64,000 bases of DNA from an uncultured Verrucomicrobiota bacterium. GTDB lineage: Bacteria; Verrucomicrobiota; Kiritimatiellia; CAIQIC01; Lenti-01. The stretch is taken from contig CAZECJ010000001.1 in NCBI GenBank assembly GCA_964510645.1, positions 6,628-70,627 on the forward strand, given 5' to 3'. Of this stretch, positions 1-10,382 are shown in pieces (position 1 is the first letter of the stretch; every line of letters starts with the position of its first letter). Made by a program: the position numbers and the translations under genes. The notes under the pieces are model-generated. The model saw only the letters and a list, made by a program, of their open reading frames with translations. It searched no databases and had not been told where the DNA came from.

Positions 1-1
1 G

Positions 2-367
2 ATCTACGACACGATGCAGTTCCTGAAGTGCGACGTGGTGACCTACTGCATCGGCCAGGCGGCCAGCATGGGCGCCGTGCTCCTGACGGCCGGCAGCAAG
101 GGCAAGCGCCACGCGCTGCCCGGCGCGCGCATCATGATCCACCAGCCCTGGGGCGGCGCCCAGGGCACCGCCAGCGACATCCACATCCAGGCCCAGGAAA
201 TCCTGCGCCTGAAGGAGCATCTCAACGGCATCCTCGCCAAGCATACCGGCAAGTCGATCAAGGAAATCGCCAAGGACACCGACCGCGATTTCTTCATGTC
301 GGCCGACGAAGCCGCGAAGTACGGCCTGGTGGACGACGTGCTCGGCGCGGCTCCCGCGAAGGCGTAG
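2..367 (+). CDS. clpP: ATP-dependent Clp protease proteolytic subunit ClpP, C-terminal ~120 aa (5' end lies outside the window)
   Basis: The translation [28 protein letters not shown]...[10 protein letters not shown] matches the ClpP family as I remember it. The catalytic Ser context is GQAASMG and the His context is MIHQP. clpX starts 4 nt downstream. Confidence 0.95.
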   Translation: MYDTMQFLKCDVVTYCIGQAASMGAVLLTAGSKGKRHALPGARIMIHQPWGGAQGTASDIHIQAQEILRLKEHLNGILAKHTGKSIKEIAKDTDRDFFMSADEAAKYGLVDDVLGAAPAKA

Positions 368-371
368 CGCC

Positions 372-1684
<1,313 letters not shown>

Positions 1685-1688
<4 letters not shown>

Positions 1689-3289
1689 GCCGCTTCCGGA
1701 GGCCATCCCAAGACCTGCGCGCTCCGGTGCGCAGGTTTTTTGCTTTGGCGGCGGTCGGTCTGTGCGCGGCGGCCGGCGAGGCCCGCGTGGTCGACGTCGC
1801 GATCCTGAACACCACCGATCTGCACGGCGCGCTCTGCCAGTCTCCCGGCGTCTACGCCGAGCGCAACGACGGATCCCTGCTTCAATGCGCCACGATCGTC
1901 CAGCGCGTCCGCGCGGAGAAGCCGAACGCGCTGCTGGTCGATTGCGGCGACGTCATCCAGGGCACGGCGGTCAGCTATCTGACGCGCGGGGCCGTCATGG
2001 CGACGGCGATGAACGCCATGGGCTACGACGCGTACGTGCTCGGAAACCACGAGTTCGACTGGGGCGTCGACGCGCTCGCCGATTTCATGGGGAAGATGCA
2101 GGCCGTTCCGCTCGTCGCGGACCTGCAGGCGGGTCCGGAAGCCCCCGAAGCTTTTCGCCGCGTGCTGCCGTTCGTCGTCAAGGAAATCGACGGCATCCGG
2201 GTGGCCATCGTGGGCCTGACCACGCCGAACATCCCGAACTGGACGCGGGGTCTCGAAACGCGGGGGCTCGGTTTCTTGGACTCGCGCCTCGCGCTCGAGC
2301 ACACCCTGCCGCTGGTCCGGAAGGAGCGGCCACAGGTCATGATCCTGCTGGTCCACCAGGGGCTTCTGGCGAAGGACGATGCGGCCAACCAGCTCAACGC
2401 CATCGGCCGCCGGTTCGGCGAATTCGACCTGGTGCTCGGCGGCCATCTGCATGCGGTGGCGACGCGCACCCAGCTCGGCAAGGTGACCTATGCCCAGGCC
2501 GGTTCCGGCGCCATCGGCGTCTTGCGGGTCGATCTGGCCTTCGACACCGTGCAAAACGCCGTGACGGAGAAGAAAATCGAATTTCTGCCTGTTGCCCCGG
2601 ATATTCCGGAAGATGCCGGGATCTACGCGCAGGTGGCCGACGATCTGGCGCGCGCGGACCAATGGCTGGGCGTCGCGATCGGCAAAACCAAGACCGACCT
2701 GACCGCTTCGATCGCCTTGCCGGGCCTGTGTCCGGTCCAGCAGCTGATCTGCAAAGCCATCGCGGCAACAACGAAAGCCGAAGCCGTGCTGCACGATCTG
2801 CTGTCGCCCCACGGCATTCCCGCCGGCGACGTCCGCGTGGCCGATGTCTGGAAGATCGTGCCCTACGAGAACACGGCCGGCATTCTGTGGCTCACCCCCG
2901 GGGAGATCCGGAACATCTTGGAAGAGGGCACGGCCTATCTGGGCACGGAGCGCTATTTCGGGGCCTGGGGCCTGCGCTACGAGTTGCATCCCAAGGCGCC
3001 CCTCGGCCGGCGCATCCGCAAGCTGCGCGCGGCCGACGGCACCCCCATCAACGGCAAGAAGCGGATTCCGGTCGCGTTCAACAGCTACCACCTCTCCGGC
3101 GGCGGCGGACGTTTTCCCGCGATCGCGCAAGCCGCCGCCGACCCCCGCACCCGCCTGCAGACGTTCGACGAACCCGTTCGCGACATGGTGGTGGACTTCG
3201 TTCGCCGCCACCGCTCGATTTTCATTCCCGAAGGCACCAACGCGGTCGTCGTCCTCAAGGAACCCCGCGCCTGGCACCGCCGGAAGTAG
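1685..3289 (+). CDS. secreted bifunctional metallophosphatase / 5'-nucleotidase family protein
   Basis: 534 aa. Calcineurin-like phosphoesterase motifs are present ([23 protein letters not shown]) with a 5'-nucleotidase-type C-terminal half. The N-terminus ([18 protein letters not shown]) looks like a signal peptide, possibly Tat-type. The ATG overlaps the clpX stop (ATGA). Confidence 0.85.
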
Positions 3290-3351
3290 CCGCCGCCCCG
3301 GCGGGGAATCGCTTGCCCTCCGAAGCCTTGACGAAGGAGGGCGGCTCGAGA

Positions 3352-3424
3352 TTTTTCCACGCCGTGGAAAACGTTTTTCCACACTGTGGAAAAATCGGGC
3401 AAAGTTTTTACGTTCCGTGGAAAA
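3352..3424. repeat. REP-like palindromic repeat locus A (3 units)
   Basis: Units are TTTTTCCACGCCGTGGAAAA (3352..3371), TTTTTCCACACTGTGGAAAAA (3374..3394) and TTTTTACGTTCCGTGGAAAA (3405..3424). Each has 8-bp inverted arms around a 3-4 nt centre. The same unit family occurs at 14738, 50173 and 57482. Confidence 0.85.
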
Positions 3425-3571
3425 CGGGAATCAATGTTTGCAAACAATGATAATCCGAATCGCGATGGGTCCCGCGTCCCACGTCCGAAGGGCGGGGGGC
3501 ATCTTGGGCTTCCCAAGGGCGGGGATTTTCCGTAAGGTGTCTAATCGAGTCTTTTTAGCGAGGAAACAGGC

Positions 3572-4561
3572 ATGAAGGTATTGGTGACGGGCGGAACGGG
3601 ATTCACGGGCAGCCATTTGACGCGGCGGATGCTGGACCGCGGCTACGAGGTCGTCGTTTTGGACAACCAGAAGGGGTTGTTCGACGACGAATTCAAGGCC
3701 CGCGGCGCGAAGATCATCTACGGCACCGTGACGGACCCGAAGGCGCTGGAAGAAGCTCTGGACGGCGTGGAGGTGGTGCACCACCTCGCGGCGGCGTTCC
3801 GCAAGATCAACATGGCCGACAAGGTCTATACCGAGATCAACCAGGGCGGCTTCCGCAGCCTGCTGGAACTGGCGCAGAAGAAGGGCGTGCGCAAGGTGGT
3901 CTATTGCAGCACGCAGGGCGTGCACGGCAATATCGACCATCCGCCCGGCGACGAAAATTCGCCGATCAAGCCCGAGGATTATTACCAGTTTTCCAAGCAC
4001 CAAGGCGAACTCGTGGCGGCGGAATTCATGGCGCAGGGCATGGACATCACCATCCTGCGTCCGACGGCGCTCTACGGCCCGGGCGATCCGGGGCGGTTCC
4101 TGATGATGTACAAGTGGGTGGAGAAGGGCTTCTTCCCGTTCTTCGGCGACGGCAAGGTGTTCTACCATCCGGTGTACGTCGAAAACTTCGTGGATGCGCA
4201 CGAGCTGGCGGCGGAGAAGCCGGCGGCGAAGGGGCAGACCTACATCATCGCGGACGCGAAGTACTATTACATCAAGGACATCGTGGCGATGATCGCCCAG
4301 GCGATGAACCGGCCATGCAAGTTCGTGCATCTGCCGTTCCTGCCGCTGTATTGGGTGAGCGCGGTGGTGGAATTCCTCTACAAGCCCTTGCCGTGGGATC
4401 CGCCGCTGTTCCGGCGGCGCGCGGACTGGTACCGCCAGAACCGGGCGTTCAAGATCGACAAGGCGCGGCGCGATCTGGGCTACGAGCCGAAGGTCGGGCT
4501 GCTCGAAGGCCTCAAGATCACGGGCGACTGGTACCGCGCCAACGGCTATCTGAAGAAGTAG
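3572..4561 (+). CDS. NAD-dependent epimerase/dehydratase family protein (SDR)
   Basis: 329 aa. The N-terminal Rossmann motif is MKVLVTGGTGFTGSHL, and a YxxxK-type region (YQFSK) is typical of sugar-nucleotide epimerases. Confidence 0.9.
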   Translation: MKVLVTGGTGFTGSHLTRRMLDRGYEVVVLDNQKGLFDDEFKARGAKIIYGTVTDPKALEEALDGVEVVHHLAAAFRKINMADKVYTEINQGGFRSLLELAQKKGVRKVVYCSTQGVHGNIDHPPGDENSPIKPEDYYQFSKHQGELVAAEFMAQGMDITILRPTALYGPGDPGRFLMMYKWVEKGFFPFFGDGKVFYHPVYVENFVDAHELAAEKPAAKGQTYIIADAKYYYIKDIVAMIAQAMNRPCKFVHLPFLPLYWVSAVVEFLYKPLPWDPPLFRRRADWYRQNRAFKIDKARRDLGYEPKVGLLEGLKITGDWYRANGYLKK

Positions 4562-4567
4562 CCTCCC

Positions 4568-6439
4568 ATGTGCGGCATTTGCGGATTCAATTGGCGGGAC
4601 CCCGAGCTGGCGAAGCGGATGACGGACGTCATCGCGCACCGCGGTCCGGACCAGGACGGCGTCTGGTGCGACGAGCACGTTTCGCTGGGGCATCGGCGCC
4701 TGAGCATCATCGACCTGTCCGAGGCCGGCCGCCAGCCGATGCGCAACGAGGACGGCGCGGTCCAGGTCGTGTTCAACGGCGAGATCTACAACTTCGCCGA
4801 GATCCGCAAGGACCTCGAGGCGAAGGGGCACGTCTTCACGAGCCATTCCGACACCGAGGTGATCATCCACGGCTACGAGGAGTGGGGCTTCGACGTCGTC
4901 CACAAGTTCATCGGGATGTTCGGCATCGCGCTGTGGGATTCGAAGAAGAAGCGCCTGTGGCTGGTGCGCGACCGCATCGGCATCAAGCCGATGTATTACT
5001 ATCATAAGAACGGCCGCTTTCTGTTCGGGTCCGAGATCAAGTGTATCCTGGAAGATCCGCAGGTGGCGCGCCAGGTGAACCACGCGGCGCTGTACGCGTA
5101 TCTGGGCTTCGAATTCGTGCCGGCGCCGGAAACGGCGTTCGCGGACATCCATAAAATTCCCGCTGGCCACTGGGCGGTGCTGGAAAACGGCCAGCTGCGC
5201 GTCGAGGAATACTGGGACCTGAAAATGCCCGAGCGGGGCGTGGTGCGCTCCGAGGGCGAAATGGTCGAGCGCATCCGCGCGCTGATCGACGACGCGGTGC
5301 GGCTGAGGCTGATTTCCGACGTGCCCCTGGGCGCGTTCCTGTCCGGCGGCCTCGATTCGAGCACGATCGTGGCGATGATGCGCAAGCACAATCCGGGCAA
5401 GCTGCAGACCTTCACGATCGGCTACGAGGACGCGACGTTCAGCGAAACCGAGTACGCCAAGGTCGTGGCGGACCATTTCGGCACCGAGCACCGCGTGCTG
5501 ATCATCGACAAGATGGACGAGGCGTCGATCGAGAAATCCATCTGGCATCTCGACGAGCCGATGACGGACCTGTCGTCGATCCCGCTGATGTTCATCTGCC
5601 AGAAGGCCAAGCAGTACGTCACCGTGTGCCTGAGCGGCGAGGGCGGCGACGAAGTGTTCATCGGCTACGACCGCTTCAAGGCGGCGAAGATCGCGTCGTT
5701 CCTGAATTTCCTGCCGAAGTGGGTGCGGCACGATCTGGTGGGCAAGTGGGCCAAGGGGCTGGAAGACCGCCCCGAGAAAAAAGGCCCGATCAACATGTTC
5801 AAGCGGTTCATCGAGGGCTCGCTCCTGCCCGAAGAGGCGATGCACCTGCGCTGGCAGTACTTCATGGATCCGCGGCTGGAGCAGCATCTGTTCGCCGATG
5901 CCTACAAGGCCCAGGTGCCGTTCGACCCGTTCGCGCGGGTGCGCGCGTACAACGCGAAGTGCACCTCGAAGGACAAGGTGAACCAGCAGGCCTACCTGGA
6001 CACGCGGTTCATGATGAGCGACAGCGTGCTGATGAAGGCCGACAAGATGAGCATGGCCTCGGCGCTGGAGATCCGCGTGCCGCTGCTGGACCACCGGCTG
6101 GTGGAATACCTCGGCACGGTGCCGGGCAACCAGAAGCTGCGCGGCATGACCACCAAGTACATCTTCCGCAAGGCGCTGGAAGGCATTTTGCCCAAGGAAA
6201 TCGTCTGGCGCGGCAAGCAGGGCTACAGCCTGCCGGTGAAGAACCTCCTGCGCACGCAGCTCAAGGATTTCATGGTCGCGCTGCTGCACGAATCGCCGCT
6301 CATCCGCGAGGATTTCGACGTGGCGTTCGTGGACCGGCTGATCGACGAGCACCTCTCGATGAAGCAGAACCACAACCACGTGCTGTGGGGCCTGATGAAC
6401 ATCGCCATCTGGCACCGGCGGTTCTTCCGGAACGGATGA
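4568..6439 (+). CDS. asnB: asparagine synthase (glutamine-hydrolysing) family amidotransferase
   Basis: 623 aa. It starts MCGICGF (N-terminal Cys nucleophile of class II GATase) and has the PP-loop SGGLDSS in the synthetase domain. Confidence 0.9.
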   Translation: MCGICGFNWRDPELAKRMTDVIAHRGPDQDGVWCDEHVSLGHRRLSIIDLSEAGRQPMRNEDGAVQVVFNGEIYNFAEIRKDLEAKGHVFTSHSDTEVIIHGYEEWGFDVVHKFIGMFGIALWDSKKKRLWLVRDRIGIKPMYYYHKNGRFLFGSEIKCILEDPQVARQVNHAALYAYLGFEFVPAPETAFADIHKIPAGHWAVLENGQLRVEEYWDLKMPERGVVRSEGEMVERIRALIDDAVRLRLISDVPLGAFLSGGLDSSTIVAMMRKHNPGKLQTFTIGYEDATFSETEYAKVVADHFGTEHRVLIIDKMDEASIEKSIWHLDEPMTDLSSIPLMFICQKAKQYVTVCLSGEGGDEVFIGYDRFKAAKIASFLNFLPKWVRHDLVGKWAKGLEDRPEKKGPINMFKRFIEGSLLPEEAMHLRWQYFMDPRLEQHLFADAYKAQVPFDPFARVRAYNAKCTSKDKVNQQAYLDTRFMMSDSVLMKADKMSMASALEIRVPLLDHRLVEYLGTVPGNQKLRGMTTKYIFRKALEGILPKEIVWRGKQGYSLPVKNLLRTQLKDFMVALLHESPLIREDFDVAFVDRLIDEHLSMKQNHNHVLWGLMNIAIWHRRFFRNG

Positions 6440-6578
6440 AGAAATGCAGGTGGACTCCCAAGCGGTTGATTTTCGACCTTCAAGCGGGCCCCGCCGCCTT
6501 GTGCGGTGGGGAAGCCAAACTTTGCCTCCAACGACGCAAGGTCGTTGGGGGGCGATCCACAGCCTTTGAGGAGCAACC

Positions 6579-7322
6579 ATGGCCGAATCCGCGGAATGCA
6601 AGGTCAAGGAGCTCACGAAGGGCTCCGCTTCCGGCGCCTACCGCGCGCTGATGTACGGCGATCTGGGACTCGGGAAGATCGTTTGGGCCGAGATCCTGTT
6701 CACGCTGATCGGCGGGCTGGGCGGGGCGCTGGGGCTGTTCCTGCGGATGAAGCTGTACCCGGCGCTGTTCAAGTCCTGCGGCCGCAAAGTCGTGTTCGGC
6801 AAGAACGTGACGCTCCGCCATCCGCACAAGATTGTCTTGGGCGACGGCGTGGTGCTGGACGACAACAGCGTGGTGGACGCGAAGGGCGCGGACAACGCGG
6901 GGATCGTGCTGCGCGACCGGGTCTACGTGGGCCGCAACACCATCGTCTATTGCAAGAACGGCGACGTCGAGATCGGCGAAAACGTGAGTTTTTCGGCCAA
7001 CTGCATCGTATTTTCCTCGAACCGGCTCGTCATGAAGAAGAACAGCGTGGTGGCGGCATTCGCGTACCTGCTGAGCGGCGGGGAGTACGATTTGAACGAT
7101 CCGACGCCGCTGGCCCTGCAGAAGGGCACCTGCACGAAGGGGCCGCTGGAGATCGGCGAAGACTGCTGGATCGGCGCGGGCGCCAAGGTGCTCGACGGCG
7201 CGAGCCTGGGCGACCACGTTGCGCTGGGGGCGGGCGCGGTGGCGAACAAGCCGATCCCCGCGAATGCCATCGCCGTGGGCGTGCCGGCGCGCGTGATCAA
7301 GACGCGGAAGACGGCGGAATGA
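6579..7322 (+). CDS. hexapeptide-repeat (left-handed beta-helix) acyl/acetyltransferase with N-terminal hydrophobic segment
   Basis: 247 aa. Repeated [LIV]-G-x-x-x-x hexapeptides are visible (VLGDGVVLDDNSVV, IGENVSFSANCIV, IGEDCWIGAGAKV, LGDHVALGAGAVV). The N-terminal TM-like stretch is ILFTLIGGLGGALGLFL. Confidence 0.8.
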   Translation: MAESAECKVKELTKGSASGAYRALMYGDLGLGKIVWAEILFTLIGGLGGALGLFLRMKLYPALFKSCGRKVVFGKNVTLRHPHKIVLGDGVVLDDNSVVDAKGADNAGIVLRDRVYVGRNTIVYCKNGDVEIGENVSFSANCIVFSSNRLVMKKNSVVAAFAYLLSGGEYDLNDPTPLALQKGTCTKGPLEIGEDCWIGAGAKVLDGASLGDHVALGAGAVANKPIPANAIAVGVPARVIKTRKTAE

Positions 7323-8266
7323 AGAAGCCCCTGGCCCTGCTGGCCAAGCTGGCGGTGATGGGCGGCCTGTTGGCCGTGCTGTACCGCAATGTCGATTTCG
7401 CCGAATTCCGCGCCGCGTTGGCGGGGCTCGAATGGGCGTGGATTCCGCTGGTCTATGCGCTGCTGCTGGCGAACACGGCGATCAATTCCTGGAAGTGGGG
7501 TCTGCTGCTGAAGGCCGACGGCATCGCAATCCCGCTGCGGTCGCTGATGTGTAGCCACCTGATCGGAACGTTTTTCAACTTGTTCCTGCCGTCGAGCATC
7601 GGCGGCGACGCGTACCGGGTGGTGGACGTGGGGCGGCGCGCGGGGGCGGGGGCGAAGAGCTTCGCCGCGGTGTTCGCCGAGCGGCTGATGGGCTTTTTGG
7701 CGCTGGCCATCTGGGGGCTGTTGTTTTCGGCCATCGGCTGGTCGCGGTTGCCGGACAAGCGGATCCTGTTCCTGCCGGTGATCGTGTTCGGGCTGATGGG
7801 CGGCATGGTGTTCGCGGTGGTGCAGCGGACGGGACTGGTGGCGGTGTGGCAGGCGTTCCGGCTGAACCGCCTGCACAAGCTCGATGCGTTCCTGCACCGC
7901 TTCCTCGATTCCCTGGCGGGCTACCACGCCGATCGCAAGCTGATCGCGGTGGTGTTCGGGCTCTCGCTGGCGTTCCAGATGCTCGCGATCACGACGATCT
8001 TCTGCATTTCGCGGGCGCTGCATTGGGACGCGTCGTTCGTGTATTTCTGCATCTTCGTGCCGCTGATCACGCTGGGCGAGGCGCTGCCGATCTCGATCTT
8101 CGGCATCGGGGTGCGCGACGGGCTGTACGTGTTTTTCTTCGCGCAGGCGGGGGCGGCGCGCGAAGCCGCGCTGGCGCTGGCGCTGGTCTACGTGCTGATC
8201 ACGATCGTCTATTCGCTGCTGGGGGGCGTGCTGTTCCTGCTGCGCAAGCCGCCTGCAAAAGCCTGA
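7319..8266 (+). CDS. flippase-like / lysylphosphatidylglycerol-synthase-TM-region (UPF0104) family membrane protein
   Basis: The real start is MKKPLALLAKLAV at 7319, where the ATG overlaps the upstream TGA. The protein is polytopic and carries the family-typical block FFNLFLPSSIGGDAYRV. The 6506 start in the ORF track is an out-of-context extension across the upstream gene. Confidence 0.8.
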   Translation: MKKPLALLAKLAVMGGLLAVLYRNVDFAEFRAALAGLEWAWIPLVYALLLANTAINSWKWGLLLKADGIAIPLRSLMCSHLIGTFFNLFLPSSIGGDAYRVVDVGRRAGAGAKSFAAVFAERLMGFLALAIWGLLFSAIGWSRLPDKRILFLPVIVFGLMGGMVFAVVQRTGLVAVWQAFRLNRLHKLDAFLHRFLDSLAGYHADRKLIAVVFGLSLAFQMLAITTIFCISRALHWDASFVYFCIFVPLITLGEALPISIFGIGVRDGLYVFFFAQAGAAREAALALALVYVLITIVYSLLGGVLFLLRKPPAKA

Positions 8267-8294
8267 CCTGCCGCGGCAACAAGGGCGGCGCGTT

Positions 8295-8561
8295 CTACGT
8301 TTTCCGGCGCAAAGACCAGACGGGCATGCCCAGCCCGATCAGGACTCCCGCGCAGCCGCCCGCCAGGATTTTATTCCGGAGGCCGTCCCGTTCGGCCGGC
8401 GAGAGGGAGGCGTCCGCCGGCGTCGGGCGACCGGTGAATGCGGAACCGACGCCGCTCAACCGGCCATCGATCGCTCCGCAGATCAAATACGCGGCGATCA
8501 TGCCCAGCAGTCCGATTCCCGCCATGGCGCCGAGCGTTTGGATGAGCCGTTTCTGCAGCAT
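8295..8561 (-). CDS. small hypothetical membrane protein (~88 aa, two predicted TM helices)
   Basis: An internal ATG at 8561 gives MLQKRLIQTLGAMAGIGLLGMIAAYLICG...GGCAGVLIGLGMPVW. The upstream part of the 145-aa ORF is Arg/Gly-rich and non-protein-like. I recognise no homology. Confidence 0.45.
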   Translation of the reverse strand: MLQKRLIQTLGAMAGIGLLGMIAAYLICGAIDGRLSGVGSAFTGRPTPADASLSPAERDGLRNKILAGGCAGVLIGLGMPVWSLRRKT

Positions 8562-8596
8562 GCGTTGGCCTGATTCCGATTCCGGGACAGCCGACC

Positions 8597-8989
8597 TTAC
8601 GGCGGAGGGGTGGAGGAAACCCACTGCGATTCCTGCACCAGACAAGCCTCGGACTGCGTGCCCAAGGGACCCATTTTCAAGATGTGGCGCATTTGCGAGC
8701 CGGGCGCGGCGCAGAGCAAATCCACGTCCCATTCGGCATTATCGTCCGGCGGAATGCAATCGGCCCAGATCCGGAACTCTTTTTCCGTGAGCTGGCCTTT
8801 GGCCAACCAGTAGCCCAGTTTGACGACCAGTTCCGCCTGCTTGGGCGCACCTCGCAGGCTGGCCAGGTTGAAAAGCGACGGCTTGGCCAGGAAGATGCGG
8901 AGGTTTTCCTTGATCCGCTGGGCGACGTCCACGGGATACCGGCCATTCAGAATGGCCCGCCGAATCGTCTGGATGTGCAGCGTCGGCAT
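8597..8989 (-). CDS. hypothetical protein, tandem paralog 1 (130 aa)
   Basis: It shares a ~85-aa C-terminal block with the adjacent gene (AELVVKLGYWLA..QLTEKEFR.WAD.IP.DDNA.WDVDLL.AAP.S.MRH.LKMGPLGTQ..ACLVQ). The composition is protein-like. Confidence 0.6.
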   Translation of the reverse strand: MPTLHIQTIRRAILNGRYPVDVAQRIKENLRIFLAKPSLFNLASLRGAPKQAELVVKLGYWLAKGQLTEKEFRIWADCIPPDDNAEWDVDLLCAAPGSQMRHILKMGPLGTQSEACLVQESQWVSSTPPP

Positions 8990-8996
8990 AGTTCAA

Positions 8997-9392
8997 TCAC
9001 GGCATGGGGCGATCCCATGCCGCATCCTGCACCAGACATGCGTCCGGCTGGGTGCCGAGGGGGCCCATTTTCAAGACGTGGCGCATCGGCGAGTCGGGCG
9101 CGGCGTGGAGCAAATCCACGTCCCAGCCGGCGTTGTCGTCCAGCGGAATTCGATCGGCCCAGGTGCGGAATTCTTTTTCCGTGAGTTGGTTCATGGCCAG
9201 CCAGTAGCCCAGCTTGACGACCAGTTCGGCCTGTTTCGCCGGTCCCCGCAGTTGTTGCGAATCGAACAATTCGGCCTCCACCCGGAAGACCGAGAGGGCG
9301 CTTTGGATCCGTTGGGCGATGTCCTCCGGGATTTTTCCCAGAGAAATCGCCCAATGTATAGGGCCGGAAATGGATATGCCGTATTTCATCAA
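8997..9392 (-). CDS. hypothetical protein, tandem paralog 2 (131 aa)
   Basis: See paralog 1. Only 7 nt separate the two genes. The N-terminal ~45 aa have diverged. Confidence 0.6.
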   Translation of the reverse strand: MMKYGISISGPIHWAISLGKIPEDIAQRIQSALSVFRVEAELFDSQQLRGPAKQAELVVKLGYWLAMNQLTEKEFRTWADRIPLDDNAGWDVDLLHAAPDSPMRHVLKMGPLGTQPDACLVQDAAWDRPMP

Positions 9393-9701
9393 TGCTTAAT
9401 CATTATCGCATGAAGATCTTGTTTCCCGACTGTGAGACAAGCCATACCACATCCGCGCAAGCGCTTGACATCATGGAAACAAGGTTTCGGGGGTAGTGGA
9501 AAACAGGAGGGGGGGGCGGGGGACGATCGGAATGGAGCTGGGACGCTCTCGTCCCGTGGGCAAGAGAGGGTTCAATATCCATTCATCAAGCGATTCCCAC
9601 CCCTCGCAGCTTTGTGCCGTGGGTGAAAGAAGTTGCGCTCGTCGCGCGCGAGGGTGGCCAGGCCTGATTCACCCGCCACGCGAGGGGGTGGGGGGCTCGC
9701 G

Positions 9702-10382
9702 CTATCGGCGGATTTCGTCGGCGACGAACTGGGCGGCGCGGGCGACGAGTTCGGTGGCGTCCGCGAGACCCAATTTCCGTTTGATGCCGGAGCGATACGA
9801 CTCGACGGTGCTGACGGCCAAACGGAGCTTGGCCGCGATGGCGCGGGTGCCCATCCCGTTCCCGAAAAACCGGAACACTTCCAGTTCGCGGTCGCTGAGC
9901 ACCTCCGCCGGCGAACTGGCCGCCGCCGTTCGTTTGCGGTCCGGAGCGACAAGCAGGCGGCTGACGATTTCCTCGCTCAGCGCCATGTGGCCGTCCAGCA
10001 CCTTGCGCAAGGCGGCGATCACGTGGCCGATCGGCTCGCGCTTCATGACGTAGCCGCGCGCCCCGGCGCGGACGGCGCGTTCGGCGTAGAGGTTTTCGTG
10101 GTGCATCGACAGCACCAGGACGGGGAGCTTGGCGTTCCGGGCATGGAGATCCTTGATCAGGTCCAGGCCGTTGCCCTCGTCCATGGTCAGATCCACGATC
10201 GCGACGTCGGGGCCGAGCTGGGCGGCGGCGGCGAGGCCGCCGCGCGCATCCGCCGCTTCGCCGCAAACGACGAGATCCGCCTGCTGGTTGATGACGCGGG
10301 CCAGGCCGTCGCGCAGGAGCGGGTGGTCGTCCACGATCAGGACCTTCCGTTTCCGGCCGATTGTCGCAGTTGGCGTTTTCAT
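9702..10382 (-). CDS. NarL/FixJ-family response regulator (REC + LuxR-type HTH)
   Basis: The start is MKTPTATIGRKRKVLIVDDHPLLRDGL at 10382. The receiver Asp context is VAIVDLTM. The C-terminal HTH is LSDRELEVFRFFGNGMGTRAIAAKLRLAVSTVESYRSGIKRKLG. The ATG overlaps the kinase stop (ATGA). Confidence 0.9.
   Translation of the reverse strand: MKTPTATIGRKRKVLIVDDHPLLRDGLARVINQQADLVVCGEAADARGGLAAAAQLGPDVAIVDLTMDEGNGLDLIKDLHARNAKLPVLVLSMHHENLYAERAVRAGARGYVMKREPIGHVIAALRKVLDGHMALSEEIVSRLLVAPDRKRTAAASSPAEVLSDRELEVFRFFGNGMGTRAIAAKLRLAVSTVESYRSGIKRKLGLADATELVARAAQFVADEIRR

Noticed and set aside
6506-8266. N-terminally extended ORF-track calls. These are 6506 (flippase-like), 20026 (rpsL), 38293..39480 (Smr), 40299 (phoH), 56331 (ykgJ-like), 61608 (GT2-MT), 45332 (GH13), 52382 (MotA-like) and 17576 (propeller protein).
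   Set aside because: The extensions run through upstream genes or intergenic DNA and have non-protein-like composition. Internal ATG codons coincide with family-typical N-termini, signal peptides, SD sequences or stop/start overlaps.
8597-9392. Read the tandem small genes as a toxin-antitoxin pair.
   Set aside because: The two proteins are paralogs of each other rather than a toxin/antitoxin couple. No recognisable toxin fold or DNA-binding antitoxin motif is seen.
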